Below, one piece after another: positions 1-10,929 of a stretch of DNA of 34,151 nucleotides; the first letter of the stretch is position 1; each line of letters begins with the position of its first letter. Source of the stretch: Octopus bimaculoides (taxonomy: Eukaryota); contig NC_068983.1 in assembly GCF_001194135.2 (NCBI RefSeq), forward strand, positions 128,583,776-128,617,926, in the 5' to 3' direction. Both the position numbers and the translations under genes were made by a program. Below the pieces are notes generated by a model, which was not told where the DNA came from, searched no databases, and saw nothing but the letters and a program-made list of their open reading frames with translations.

Positions 1-4
1 GATC

Positions 5-90
<86 letters not shown>
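1..90. repeat. (ATT)n microsatellite forming the 3' flank/tail of the adjacent minus-strand LINE
   Basis: About 29 perfect ATT units, read directly. Confidence 0.98.
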
Positions 91-91
<1 letters not shown>

Positions 92-838
92 TATATTTTG
101 TCTGCATATTTGTTACAATCATTTGTCGAGACACATCTAACGTCCTAGGGCGAGTGAAGGATAAGAGATGCTATAGTATGACTATAAGCTGAAAGCCTGA
201 GGAATGGAAGTGGCAGGGGTAGCAGCAAAATATCTTCATGCAATACGACACATACATTTACATTGATAAACATTTTCTAAGGATGTGGGCAGCATTTATC
301 GGCACAAGCTTTTGGATTACTCTGAGACATGGTTCTCCAGGGATCTTATCTAGATGTTTCTAAGATCCCTCTGTTTTCATACCAATTTTGTATTTCAATT
401 TCCAGTTAATTATATTTACTTAATTTGTGAAATGCCTTTACAGATATATTTTCATGAGGGGAAGTACTTACAGTTATTAGTCTACAAGTATTTTCCTCTC
501 TGTCTTTAATAATAATGTCTGGTCCATTAACCTCGATCGTTCTGTCAGTTTAAACTGGAAAATCCCAGTGGACGGTGATATTTTTAGCATCAACGACTAG
601 TTCAGTTTGAGTTCCAGAACAGTAAGCAGAAGTGCTGATTTTGTAGTGTTTACATATTTCCAATGCAAATACCGTCCTACCTTATTGTCGCGATCGTTGT
701 ATTTGCTTGGTGTCAGCACAGGTCATCCCGAAAGGAGATTGTCTATTGTATCGTCCAATGTATCGCAAAATCTGCATTTGGGGTCAGAAGCGTTTTGAAT
801 AACGTTAGCCTTGTAGTTTTTGACAATCAAGCTTTCTC

Positions 839-840
<2 letters not shown>
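91..840 (-). mobile_element. 5'-truncated, decayed R4/Dong-like non-LTR retrotransposon (zinc knuckle, restriction-like endonuclease, 3' UTR)
   Basis: Minus-strand translation across stops and frameshifts: DPKCRFCDTLDDTIDNLLSG*PVLTPSKYNDRDNKVGRYLHWKICKHY (degenerate CCHC), HWDFPV*TDRTIEVNGPDIIIKDRE (PD..D nuclease motif), KAFHKLSKYN*LEIEI, ending AAHILRKCLSM*. Flanked by (TAA)n on both sides. Confidence 0.88.
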
Positions 841-888
<48 letters not shown>

Positions 889-894
889 ATTATT

Positions 895-930
<36 letters not shown>

Positions 931-1012
931 GCTGCTGCTGCTGCTGTTTTTATTATTATTATTATTATTATTGTTATTGTTGTTGTTGCTCTTGCTGTTT
1001 TGGTTGTTTTTG
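841..1012. repeat. Compound trinucleotide microsatellite (ATT)n-(GTT)n-(GCT)n-(ATT)n-(GTT)n
   Basis: Read directly; it generates the poly-I, poly-L, poly-Y and poly-T ORFs in the track. Confidence 0.97.
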
Positions 1013-1835
1013 TTATATGTTTATTTTTATAAGTGCGTATATATTTATGAAGATAACATAATTCGTACAAGTCTCTATAGTGGCATATGGTTTCTGTAAA
1101 TAGCCAAGAGTATTCCCATGCAAAAGATTTTCCCTGATTTGCAGTTTTTATTAGTACCAAAGTGCCTGTGAAGAGTAGGAGCTGAATCATTTATATATTT
1201 GATTTATTGTTTCAGAGTCTCCCTCAGCATTGATACAGTGGCTAGATTTGGCCATGTTCAAGTCAGCGTCCACAACAATTAAGGAATAAATGTATCAATG
1301 AAAAAAAATTGACAGATGGGTTTCCATTGTAGATCATTGCAGTAGATATAGTAGAGCCAGAAGAATTGTGCAAACAGATACCAGGTGTACTAGTAGAGAA
1401 TAAAGAAAACATGGCAGTGAGTATATTTAGAGCACACACCAACATGGTTTACTAGGTAGTGTTGATATTCTCAAATATCTAAACACATCGTTTGTTAGCT
1501 GGTCATTAATGCAATAACGCTTTTCTTTGTAAATGTTTGATTCCACACTTCTCATGGTAAAAGCTACAATTGGAAAAACGCCTTTGGTCGATACTACTAA
1601 TTTACATTTCTTGATAGTTTCCAGGAAAATGTCATTAATACGAAAGCGATTTAATATAGTCACTAATTACAAATATTCTATATGACATCACATGTTAATG
1701 GTTGGTGAGAAGACCACAACTATGAAAGAAACTGATACGAACGAACATTGATTTTTGAGATTTTATAAAAATCTCAGACACTTATGAATGATAAGTATGT
1801 TAATTACTCTTAACTTAAAATTGTTGTGTCGATTC

Positions 1836-1893
1836 TATATTCAATATGATTTTCTTAATGCGCATATATTCAATATGATTTTCTTAATGCGCA
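1836..1893. repeat. Perfect 29-bp tandem duplication
   Basis: TATATTCAATATGATTTTCTTAATGCGCA at 1836-1864 and 1865-1893. Confidence 0.95.
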
Positions 1894-2709
1894 TTTAAGT
1901 CAGTAATTCCAGAGAGATTTGGCCCGTTCTGGCTAGCAGTTTCATAAGCCACTTAGAGATTCCTAAGTTCATGAATAAAACAATTTCTAAAAAGCATAGA
2001 AGCACAAAGCAGAGGTAGAGTCTCTTAACTGTCGTAGACATTTAAGTATTTGTACAAGGTGCGTTTATGTTCATTTTTAGCCCTATATTACTTTTTATTC
2101 AATAGATCTATAGCTGCGAACACTACTTGTTTAGGATTACATTATCCAATATTTCCGTTCATTTTCTGACAAAATTAAAGGATCAGTGGTATATTTAGTT
2201 GCTTCTTTCAGGGGATTAAGTGATTACTAATTAGCTCCCACGTTGTCAAATCCTGCAGAAGTTTTGTCCATAAGACTCGTGTTCAGAGCAATTTGTTTGT
2301 TATTACAAGTAGATTAAGGGCCAGCATAGTAGATCTTCAACTGTATGTTAATGTTGATATTATTAGGTATCAAACCTTTGATGTTCTTAGGTATCCAAAT
2401 CTCATTTATATTACATAATTAAAATTAAGCATGTTATATGAAAACTGTTAAGCTTCCACTTCTAGTTGGAGGATAATCCAGGTCCTTTTCTTTCCATTAG
2501 CTTTACATATAAAGAGATATGCCCCTTACATTTTTGTAACAGATCTTGGTAAATTCATTTACCCATGGAGAACATAAGCTCTTGAATGCAAAAACTGTAA
2601 AGGAACAAAACAAGAATAACATATTAAACCATGAGTAAATTGATATAGTTAGGTATTATACATCTGTTCATTATATCATCATGCCAGTAAATATGTGTCT
2701 TTAAAAAAT

Positions 2710-2750
2710 ATATATATATTTATATATATATCTATCTATCTATCTATCTA

Positions 2751-2788
<38 letters not shown>
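2710..2788. repeat. (TA)n/(TCTA)n compound microsatellite
   Basis: Read directly. Confidence 0.95.
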
Positions 2789-2791
<3 letters not shown>

Positions 2792-3724
2792 GTAATAGTG
2801 AATATGATACGTTTGTTTATTTTTCATCGTCGCAAAACTCCTTTCAATATGCAGTTTTCATATATTGGATACATACTTGGCTCTTCATAATGTTTGTTGC
2901 GGCAATTCCTGTTGAATTATATGAAACATACAAGCAAAATAGAATTAAGGAAATTTCATTTCGAAAGAGTAAAAGGAAACAAGTTCGGAATTTCAATAGA
3001 TTAAATTTTCAATAGTGATATGCGAGTGGGAGGAGAGAATCTCATCTTTGATAGCTATCATGACATTGAATATGCTTCATTGTGAAGTTACAAGGAAACG
3101 GAGACACGCCTAGATCTTTCGTTATAGTGACCGAATGTCATTGTGACTTCCTCACACATGTCTCCATTCAAATTTCGATAATTAAAACTTCAGAATTCTC
3201 TCCCTTTTATATCTTTATATTAGAGACCGTAAGTCTATATTTTTCCAATTAATGTCCAATTATATTAAAATTTTGTATCAGAATCATAAGAAAACTTTAA
3301 TATAATTGTATAGTAATTGGTGCAACATAGTCTAATCAATGAATAAGCAGAAAGTATTTTAAAATATAGACAGTAATAGATGGGACTAGGAATGTTGTGT
3401 GCATCTGTTTTTAGTGTTTGTGAGCGTCCTTGTGCATATGTCAAGTTCCTCTGTGTGTATCGAATTAAAAAAGTAAAATAAATTGTTTGTAATATGATTG
3501 TATATTTATTGGCGCCAAACTTTAAGAAGGGTAATCCACGACGAGAAGGGCTTAATGCAAAATATTACAGAAAGTGTATGCATTGCAACATATCAAGGGA
3601 AGACAATAGATAAATTCTGTTCGCAGAGGGCTATCAGATCAAGAAATCTAATCTTGTACTTACTAGAAAACATAGAATAAAGAAAACATATCTTAACCAT
3701 ACTCCTGCACTACACACTTAATTA

Positions 3725-4305
3725 TTATGAGTTTTACGGTTTCCTGGTGCACCTCTCTTCAGAACGCAGCATACCTCCTGCCTTTGATATACCATGAATA
3801 CTTCACCTCTCAAGGTATAATAAACACGGGATGAATCTTATCACTTCAACACACAACTAATGCTTCACTGGATATGTACATTGTACATAATTCAAAACAT
3901 ATCCTTCACCACCAGAGTGTGTGTGCTCTGCTAATGGTTGCTCTTTAATTCAGGAAACCATAAAGAGTTAACTTTAGTATTGTTACTTATACTCTGAGTT
4001 ACATTCCAGCCTTGTTGCGAAATATCTATACATCTAAGACATTTTTCGCATCTGAATATTCGATTCTGTTACAGTAATAACTCTCCACGTATTGGAAGGG
4101 CACATAGTCAAATCAGTTGTTTTGCGCATCTGTCAAAGTGTTTACTAAGGGGTATCATTCTGTATTCTGGCAATGCTATCTGCAGTCAGTGCAGAGTGCA
4201 TCTGCGTCTGAACGATAATCTCGTGGACCCTATGTAAATATGGTGGCAGCCCGAGCATCTTATAACATAAATCGGGTTTTCTGAGACACAAGTAAAATCA
4301 GATTT
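3725..4305 (-). mobile_element. Penelope-like element, inverted 3' copy (GIY-YIG C-terminus and 3' UTR)
   Basis: Minus translation KSDFTCVSENPIYVIRCSGCHHIYIGSTRLSFRRRCTLH*LQIALPEYRMIPLSKHFDRCAKQL. It is the reverse complement of 4760-4951, and a CTGAAGA...GAAAC motif lies near 3739-3762. Confidence 0.85.
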
Positions 4306-5350
4306 GATTTCCAATACCCAGAGACTTTGGTCTGCAAGAACTCAAAAACACCTTCATTTACAGACACTACCCAGTCGAACTCATAGAGAATGGAATCAGA
4401 CGTGCAACACAAATCAACGTAAAAACCTAAGAAAAATGCAACACAGCAACGAACCCTCCCCGAAAATACTGCCGTACATATCCACTTACAAATCCAGAAA
4501 GAAAGAAGCCTTCACCATCATCACCCAAAATCTACCAATGCTACATAATGATCACAAACTAAAGGGAATTACACACGCATAAGATCATTAAAAGCCACAA
4601 ACAACCGAAGTCACTAAAAGGATCCTCATAAACGCAAAATTATTTTCTAAAATAACGGACACAAAAGTGAAAAAATGTCGTCGACAAAATTGCGTAACAT
4701 GGCTCGTCCTTCTAGAAGGATCAGAATACCTTTTTAAAGAGGGACAACAATTCAAAATCAAATCTGACTTAATGTGTGCTTCATAAAACCGGATTTATGT
4801 TATAAGTTGATCGGGCTGCTACCAGAATTACATAAGGTGCACGAGATTATCACTCAGATGCAGATGCACTCTGCACCAACAGCATATTGCATTCCCAGAA
4901 TACAGAATGATACCCCTTAGTGAATACATTGACAGATGTGCAAAACAACTGCTACCACAAATTTGTAATCTTCCCATTTTATAATGTGCTATTGGAACAC
5001 CAACACAAGTTAGTTCAAATTAGGAAACCTACTTTATTGAAAAATATAAGCCAAAACTTAAGCATTTCTTGTATTTGTAAATAAGGAAACATACCTCATT
5101 GAAAAATACAAACCAAAACGTAACCATTTTTAGCAGTTTCTAACATTTTCTTCTCTCAAAACCAAATCATGTTAAATTAACAAAACCTAATCATTCCCAA
5201 CATCCTTCATTTTCTCCCCTATACCGAAAATATCCTTGATTACCTCCCCCTGTTTCGAACTCTTCTACATCACACCATAACGAATAGATGACACAATATC
5301 GGTAAAGAAATTTGAGAAATTTGAAAAGAAAATGCGAAACCGGTTATTTC
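4306..5350 (+). mobile_element. Penelope-like element 3' part (RT-EN linker, GIY-YIG endonuclease, 3' UTR), decayed
   Basis: LQELKNTFIYRHYPVELIENGIRRATQI, KILPYISTYKSRKKEAFTIITQNLPML and KCRRQNCVTWLVLLEGSEYLFKEGQQFKIKSDLMCAS*NRIYVIS*SGCYQNYIRCTRLSLRCRCTLHQQHIAFPEYRMIPLSEYIDRCAK show the Penelope linker cysteines and a GIY..YIG-like motif. Confidence 0.88.
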
Positions 5351-5465
5351 TCCAAAGACAATGTGACTATACACAACATTTTATATCATTTTCCTAACAT
5401 GACGATTTTAATATGATTTTTAACCATATAATACAAATCTTCTGTAGTTTTTCCAATCTATTTTG

Positions 5466-5522
<57 letters not shown>

Positions 5523-5636
5523 TAGATATATATATATACATCCATACACACATGCACACATACATACACACGTAGAAAGATAGACAGATAGATAGATGGA
5601 TAGATAGGTAGATGAACATATAAATGGATAGATATC
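5466..5636. repeat. (TA)n, CA-rich and (GATA)n compound microsatellite
   Basis: Read directly. Confidence 0.93.
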
Positions 5637-7204
5637 TACACTCATATAGCATATTTTACATTTATTGAATACATTTGCGTATGTATTGAAAGTTGTAATG
5701 ATATCTCCTTGGATTTTCGCGTGAATCGAAATCTGATTTTGTCAAAGAATTTTTTTAACATACAGTTTAGCAAAGAGATCTGTATACGAAATACAGTATA
5801 GTTATATAATATTTGAATGATGAAATATTCAAAATAAACTTTTCTTCTTCCATATCTTGAGAATTATATGGGGATTTCATTGAATTTTACGAAAGAGATT
5901 TTTATAAATGTAGGTTTGACTTGCTCTCTCAATAGAATGGTTTTTAACGTTTGCACTTGAAGAGGCAATAGCGCATGAAAGCGTAAAATATTGCTTACAA
6001 TTCAATAGAATAAATATATTCCCTTGTCCATGTATACGACATAACCAAGCAAACTGAGTTGAGTAATTTTCTCCGCTAAATTTCGGCAGTCATTTATGTC
6101 AATTCACTGTAAGGAGCCTTCCATTATTTATCTTTCCAGATGTCAAAATGTATTTATATGAGGAGATAGGTAGAGAAGAAAACAATGAGAGTCAATGGGA
6201 CATACTTATACCTGACACAAATGAGTTTTTGCACGAGTGAATTAGAGTCCATGGATCATATTCAAATATATATATACAGGAAATTATTGAACATAGAGAC
6301 ATTTCAAACACAGCGATTACCCTTTAATTAAGATCATCTGGCTTTAAGTTCTATGCTGGCTTATTCAATAATTGTCTTTAACTTAAACTCCATTTAATTC
6401 AACTGTCGTGTGTGAATTTGAGTTGATGGAACATTTTCGGAACTTTAACATAGTTGTCCATTTTATTTTGAGATCTAGTCTATAGTATGTATGTCACTTA
6501 GGTAAGAACTAAAACGGCCTGCCATTATCGGTTTTATCTTACTTTCTACCACCGAACTCTAGATCTTGAAAATGATGCCGCATGCCACTTCCTTCTTTCC
6601 CGAAACCATAGAACAATATCATTACTGCGATTAATTTTACTAATTATCCGGAAAATAGACACAAATGACTCCTGCAGTTATAGGACAGTTAAAACGAAGG
6701 TATTAGTTTTAAAGTGGTGGCTTCATATAAAGCTGCGGAAGCGTACTACCGTAAATATTGAAGTTATTTAAGACATTGTTAGAAAGAGGATAGCCATACG
6801 AGAATGTATAAATATAAGTAGAATTACTCTAAAGTGATTTTATGTAATCAATGAATTTCTAAAACTATCCGAATAACATTTACGGTAACCCTCAAATTGT
6901 TGAGAATTTATCAAGTGGTAAATGTTTCTTGTGAAACCCTAGCTAAAGAGCAGCATAAGATGGGAGTGTCAGTGGTGACCATAAAGAATTATTAAGCGGA
7001 ATTCGGAAATGACGGAGTGAAGTATAGCATATGAAGGTAAATGAATTCAATGTTTGTCATACACTTGTAATTAATTACAAGAGTATCTACATTTATAATG
7101 CAATATACAAGAAAGGATCAAATGTTCTTCTCGCGCCATTTGTTCCTATACCTGGTGTTCAGGATTTTTTGGCAGCTAAATGGATTAGAGAAACACGAAA
7201 TGCA

Positions 7205-7275
7205 GTTTTTTTTTTCTCTCAAGAACACAATGCACGGTCCGGTTCAGGAATCAAAATCGCAATCTAATGATCATG
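7205..7275 (-). mobile_element. CORE-like SINE fragment
   Basis: CTCAAGAACACAATGCACGGTCCGGTTCAGGAATC matches CTCAAGAACACAACACACATCCCGGTCCGTGAATC at about 31382-31416. Confidence 0.55.
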
Positions 7276-7367
7276 CCTCGCATGTTTACATAATATATCT
7301 AAATATAATAGAATGCACATGAGCGTGTAATATAAATAAATGTTTTATCTTTAATCTTTTATTTGTT

Positions 7368-7620
7368 TCAGTTTGTGAAGTGCGGCCATGCTGGGGCACA
7401 GCATGAAAAATATTTGGTTGAATATATCGACACCTCTACTTATTTTTCAAAGCCTGGTACTTATTCTTTCGCTATATGTTGCCGACCAGCTAAATTATTG
7501 GGACGGAAACACACGAACACCAATTTCAAAGCTGTACTGCAGGAAAAATACTGACACAAAGGCACACACATATGCGCGTGCACGCACGCACGCACACACA
7601 CATAAAAACACACACTCACG
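7368..7620 (-). mobile_element. SINE 3' tail module followed by a CA-rich tract
   Basis: Reverse complement of 11750-11945 (GCGGCCATGCTGGGGCAC vs GTGCTCCCGCATGGTCGC; GTACTTATT vs GATAAATGAAGTAC; GGGACGGAAACACAC vs GTGTTTACGTCCCC). Confidence 0.8.
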
Positions 7621-7639
7621 CACTTGGTTTGAAATTACA

Positions 7640-7860
7640 AAAAATTCAAGAAACAAAGACAAGGACAGGTGACTGAACAATAAATCAGGTTTATTAATCT
7701 GACGCTCAGCTAAAATGGAAGAATTCTTTGACGTTTTGAGCCTACGCTCGTCTACAGAAAGGAACGAAAGAGAGAAAACTGATGGGAGTAGGAAAAAGGA
7801 TCGGGAAAACAAGACAGTGAAACAGAGAGAGTAAAGACGGATAAAGAAACAGGAAGTCAG
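7640..7860 (-). mobile_element. Penelope-type terminal-repeat remnant carrying a hammerhead-like motif
   Basis: The reverse complement aligns with 16230-16370 (TTCCTTTCTGTnGAnGAGCGTAnGCTCnAAACG...GAGCGT...CACCTGTC). Confidence 0.6.
7726..7761 (-). ncRNA. Minimal type I hammerhead-ribozyme-like motif, variant core, probably inactive copy
   Basis: CUUU-CUGUAGA-C-GAGC-GUAG-GCUC-AAAAC-GUC-AAAG: stem I CUUU/AAAG, stem II GAGC/GCUC, GUC triplet, G12 changed to A. Confidence 0.5.
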
Positions 7861-7924
7861 CTAGAAGACAGACAGAGAGAAGAGGAAGAAGGAGAAAGAG
7901 GAGAGAGAAAAGTTGGACAAACAA

Positions 7925-8045
<121 letters not shown>

Positions 8046-8191
8046 AGTAGAAATGTGGTTTCTTGTAGCTAATACGTCTGAGATCATGTTTGTCCATATA
8101 TGTCTGATGCAGGATGGATAACAGTAAGATTATTCTTCCTCATTTTCATCCTTTACAGCATCATCGAGATGTTTGTCGTGGCATCGGTGGT

Positions 8192-8340
8192 CCTCCACCT
8201 CCTCTTCCTCCACCTCCTCTTCCTCGACCTCCACTTCCTCCACCTCCTCTTCCTCCACCTCCACTTCCTCTACCTCCGCTTCCTCCACCTCCTCTTCCTC
8301 CACCTCCTCTTCCTCCACCTCCTCTTCCTCCACCTCCTCA
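8192..8340. repeat. 15-bp-unit pyrimidine-rich minisatellite (CCACCTCCTCTTCCT), about 10 copies
   Basis: Read directly; it explains the LHLLF, poly-P, poly-S and poly-E/V ORFs. Confidence 0.92.
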
Positions 8341-8959
8341 TCAACATCATCAGCAACAACATAAACAAGAGTATACTATATTACTCTACACTAAATTCAC
8401 CTCAAGTCACCATGTTGGCTTCCAAATATATAACGGACAGGGCAGTATATAACATCGCGAAGGACAAATTTAAATTTGATAATTTATTTCAAGCGCAACA
8501 CTACAGAATGTGTAATCTTCGTACTTCATTCTTGTTATTTATTGACTTTTCTTAAAAAAAAATAATAAACCCATATTTCCAGGTAATTTACACAATTAGG
8601 AAGTAGGAAGTTATAACAGTTATGTATTTATCAGAACAATTTCCGGTATAAGGAAGAGGAGATATAATTGATTTCAATTTGAAAGAGTTTTACTTTATGA
8701 GCTAACCGAATACCAATAAATCATTCTATATTGTACAGTAAAATATATTTGAATTCATGTTCCTTTTTTTATATAACAAATCATAAAGAATAGCGTTGTT
8801 TATTAGAATTTACACCCAATCAATTGTTAACCAAGTTCCTTATGGCAGTAAATATAAAAGAACGGGTATAATCTGGTGCAAGTCCAATATTGCAAAAGAT
8901 TTCCTTCGGGGAAAAAACCTATTTTTTCGGATTTTCTGACCCTAAATCTTGATGAATAA

Positions 8960-9760
8960 GCGAATATACGCATAGCTATATGCACACACAAACGGGCATT
9001 CATATCAATAGTTTGGCAGCAGATTTTCACGTAAGTAGGAAAAGCAAATAATTCAACCTTTCATCGAACACAAATATACGTTGGTATAAAATGTACCTCT
9101 TAACTGGTCGATCAGACAAACCGGATAATAGCGAATGGTAATATCTATTACGAGAAACTGCAGACATTCTATTCAAAATAGAAGTCGCGCTCATTGGAAA
9201 CACACACAAAACCGATCACGGTTTGAGGTAACTTGATTTTCATGAAACGCAGGACATCACTTGTGCTGTAGGTAAGCTAAATTTTGTTCTGGCTTTTCTG
9301 CAAAGGGTTCTTGCTAAATTTCTTTCTATCTGCGGAGAACCAGGTCATTCCCGGTTCAGCAGGATGCCTCAGGTTTTCAGAAGCTTCTTTGCCTTCATTA
9401 AGCTGTTCCGTTTAAGCATGTTCGAATGGTAACGACGGTCCTCATGCAAGGCCTATCTTCATGGTGGCGACTCCAACACCTATCTGTCTCATGAAAGTCC
9501 GAATTAACTCTTTCGGATCTTCTGTTTCCTTGCTCTGCAGTTGTTGGATGTATTCCGAAAATATCTTCTGTGACCATTCCTGCTGGCCACGGCTTCGTAG
9601 TCCTTGTCCGCACTGTCCTTGGTCCAGATGTCTTACATCTCTTGCAGTGTACGCAGAGCATTGAGCAGCAGTCACAATATCGACATTTTAATACACGATG
9701 CTAATCACCATCACAAAGATAACTAATTTCCAATATCGGCATGGCTTCCAGTTTACCATA
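8960..9760 (-). mobile_element. Decayed Tc1/mariner-superfamily transposase, maT/DD37D-like
   Basis: Minus frames give DYEAVASR, SEYIQQLQSKETEDPKELIRTFMRQIGVGVATMK (HTH-like), LRHPAEPGMTWFSADRKKF (cf. LKHPEEPGMLWFFSDEKNF), FMKIKLPQTVIGFVCVSNE (cf. MHTKFPATVMVLGVVSNE) and a degenerate WPPxSPDLNP-like segment near 9000. Confidence 0.8.
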
Positions 9761-9887
9761 TCAGCTAATTTTTTTTCAAGTATAGCTAAAGTTGAATTTT
9801 TCTTCTCTCCAAAATCATCAAATGTAGCCCAACTATATTGTATGTTACATATATGTGTGTATGTGTGCCTGGGAGGTTAGTTAGTCG

Positions 9888-10280
9888 TGGTCGATGAAAA
9901 AGGTGGTAATAGTACCAATAATTGTCTGAGTCCTGGGAACAATGATTAAAAATCTTCAGTTTTACAAGGAACGAATAAGAACTGCAATAAGGGTGGTGCA
10001 CTTGCAGAACTCAGCACTACTTGGAACCGCTCGAATGATCATTAAAGGTACTAGGGGACTTTGCTGTTCAAAATGATGACGAACTTCAAGGCAACAAGAA
10101 ACTATCGTTCTGGACAAGATGGAAAAATGCATGTATATAGCAGTTAAAGAGCTGGAGAAAGTCAGAGAATACCAGTATGTGACGAGGGAAACATAAAAAC
10201 TGTATGGTCTCCAAAAAAATAATCCCAGCCGTCATAGTTGACCTAAGTACCGCCACCAACACGCTTGGCTGTTTTCTTAC
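9888..10280 (+). mobile_element. Two head-to-tail decayed fragments of an RLE-type (R4/Dong-like) LINE C-terminus
   Basis: WSMKKVVIVPIIV*VLGTMIKNL...HLQNSALLGTARMI (terminal motif), followed by KVLGDFAVQNDDELQ..IVLDKMEKC..KELEKVREYQYVTRET*KLY..IIPAVIVDLST (upstream nuclease motifs). Confidence 0.7.
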
Positions 10281-10729
10281 TCAGGTGGGTGTAACTACAT
10301 GAGTAGCACTAATACAGAAATCTGTTGTATTGTAATCAATGAGGATTTTAATAAAGTTCCTCGATATCTAAGGAAACTGAACAGGTATCAACGACTTTGA
10401 TTCCCAGTGTGCCACACCATGAATAGCAAGAAAGGCTGCAGCGATTTTAATGTTGTTATTAACAAATAAGCATTGGTTATATTAAAAGCGACGATAATGA
10501 AGATGATATATATACAATGCATCGGTAACAATGGTGATTAGAATAAGATGAATATATATATAAATGTTTCGGGAGAAAAAACGATAATTCGAAACGTAAT
10601 ATTATGACGGGTAAACGAAAAGGCTATTGGTAATAAACATGTTAGTTAGGCCGCAGAAATAGAGCGTAGACATAGTAATAACTAGAATAGAGTTGCTGCT
10701 TTTTAAGCGTTAGCTTTGATATGATTAAT

Positions 10730-10915
10730 ATTGGTTTCAAATTTTGGCAAAAGACCAGCCATGTGGGCGAAGGGCCTAATCGATTAAACCGACCCCCCCC
10801 CCCACCACCAAGTTCAAATGGTATTTGTGTTATAGACCCTGAAATGTAAAGACGACCTCCGGAAAATTTCAACTCAGTCCGTCAAGATGGGTGAAATGCC
10901 GCTTAGCATTTTAGC
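10730..10915 (-). mobile_element. tRNA-derived SINE (head and central domain)
   Basis: The reverse complement matches the head at 15252-15395 and 32760-32900 (CTGAGTTGAAATTTTCCGGAGGTCGTC cf. CTGAGTTCAAATTGTGCCGAGGTTG). Confidence 0.7.
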
Positions 10916-10929
10916 TGTATCTGTATCTA

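Noticed and set aside
723-1190. 155-aa minus ORF and overlapping poly-I, poly-L and poly-Y ORFs
   Set aside because: Read-through of trinucleotide repeats; only the last 40 aa are real and belong to the decayed LINE.
6121-6240. Possible plus-strand exon after TTTATCTTTCCAG (DVKMYLYEEIGREENNESQWDILIPDTNEFLHE*)
   Set aside because: No convincing donor, no homology and no partner exon.
8192-8340. Regularly spaced repeats as a possible CRISPR array
   Set aside because: Tandem units without unique spacers, no cas genes, and eukaryotic context.
8100-8555. LHLLF-repeat, poly-Pro and poly-Ser ORFs
   Set aside because: All frames are open because of a stop-free 15-bp minisatellite; there is no domain or splice support.
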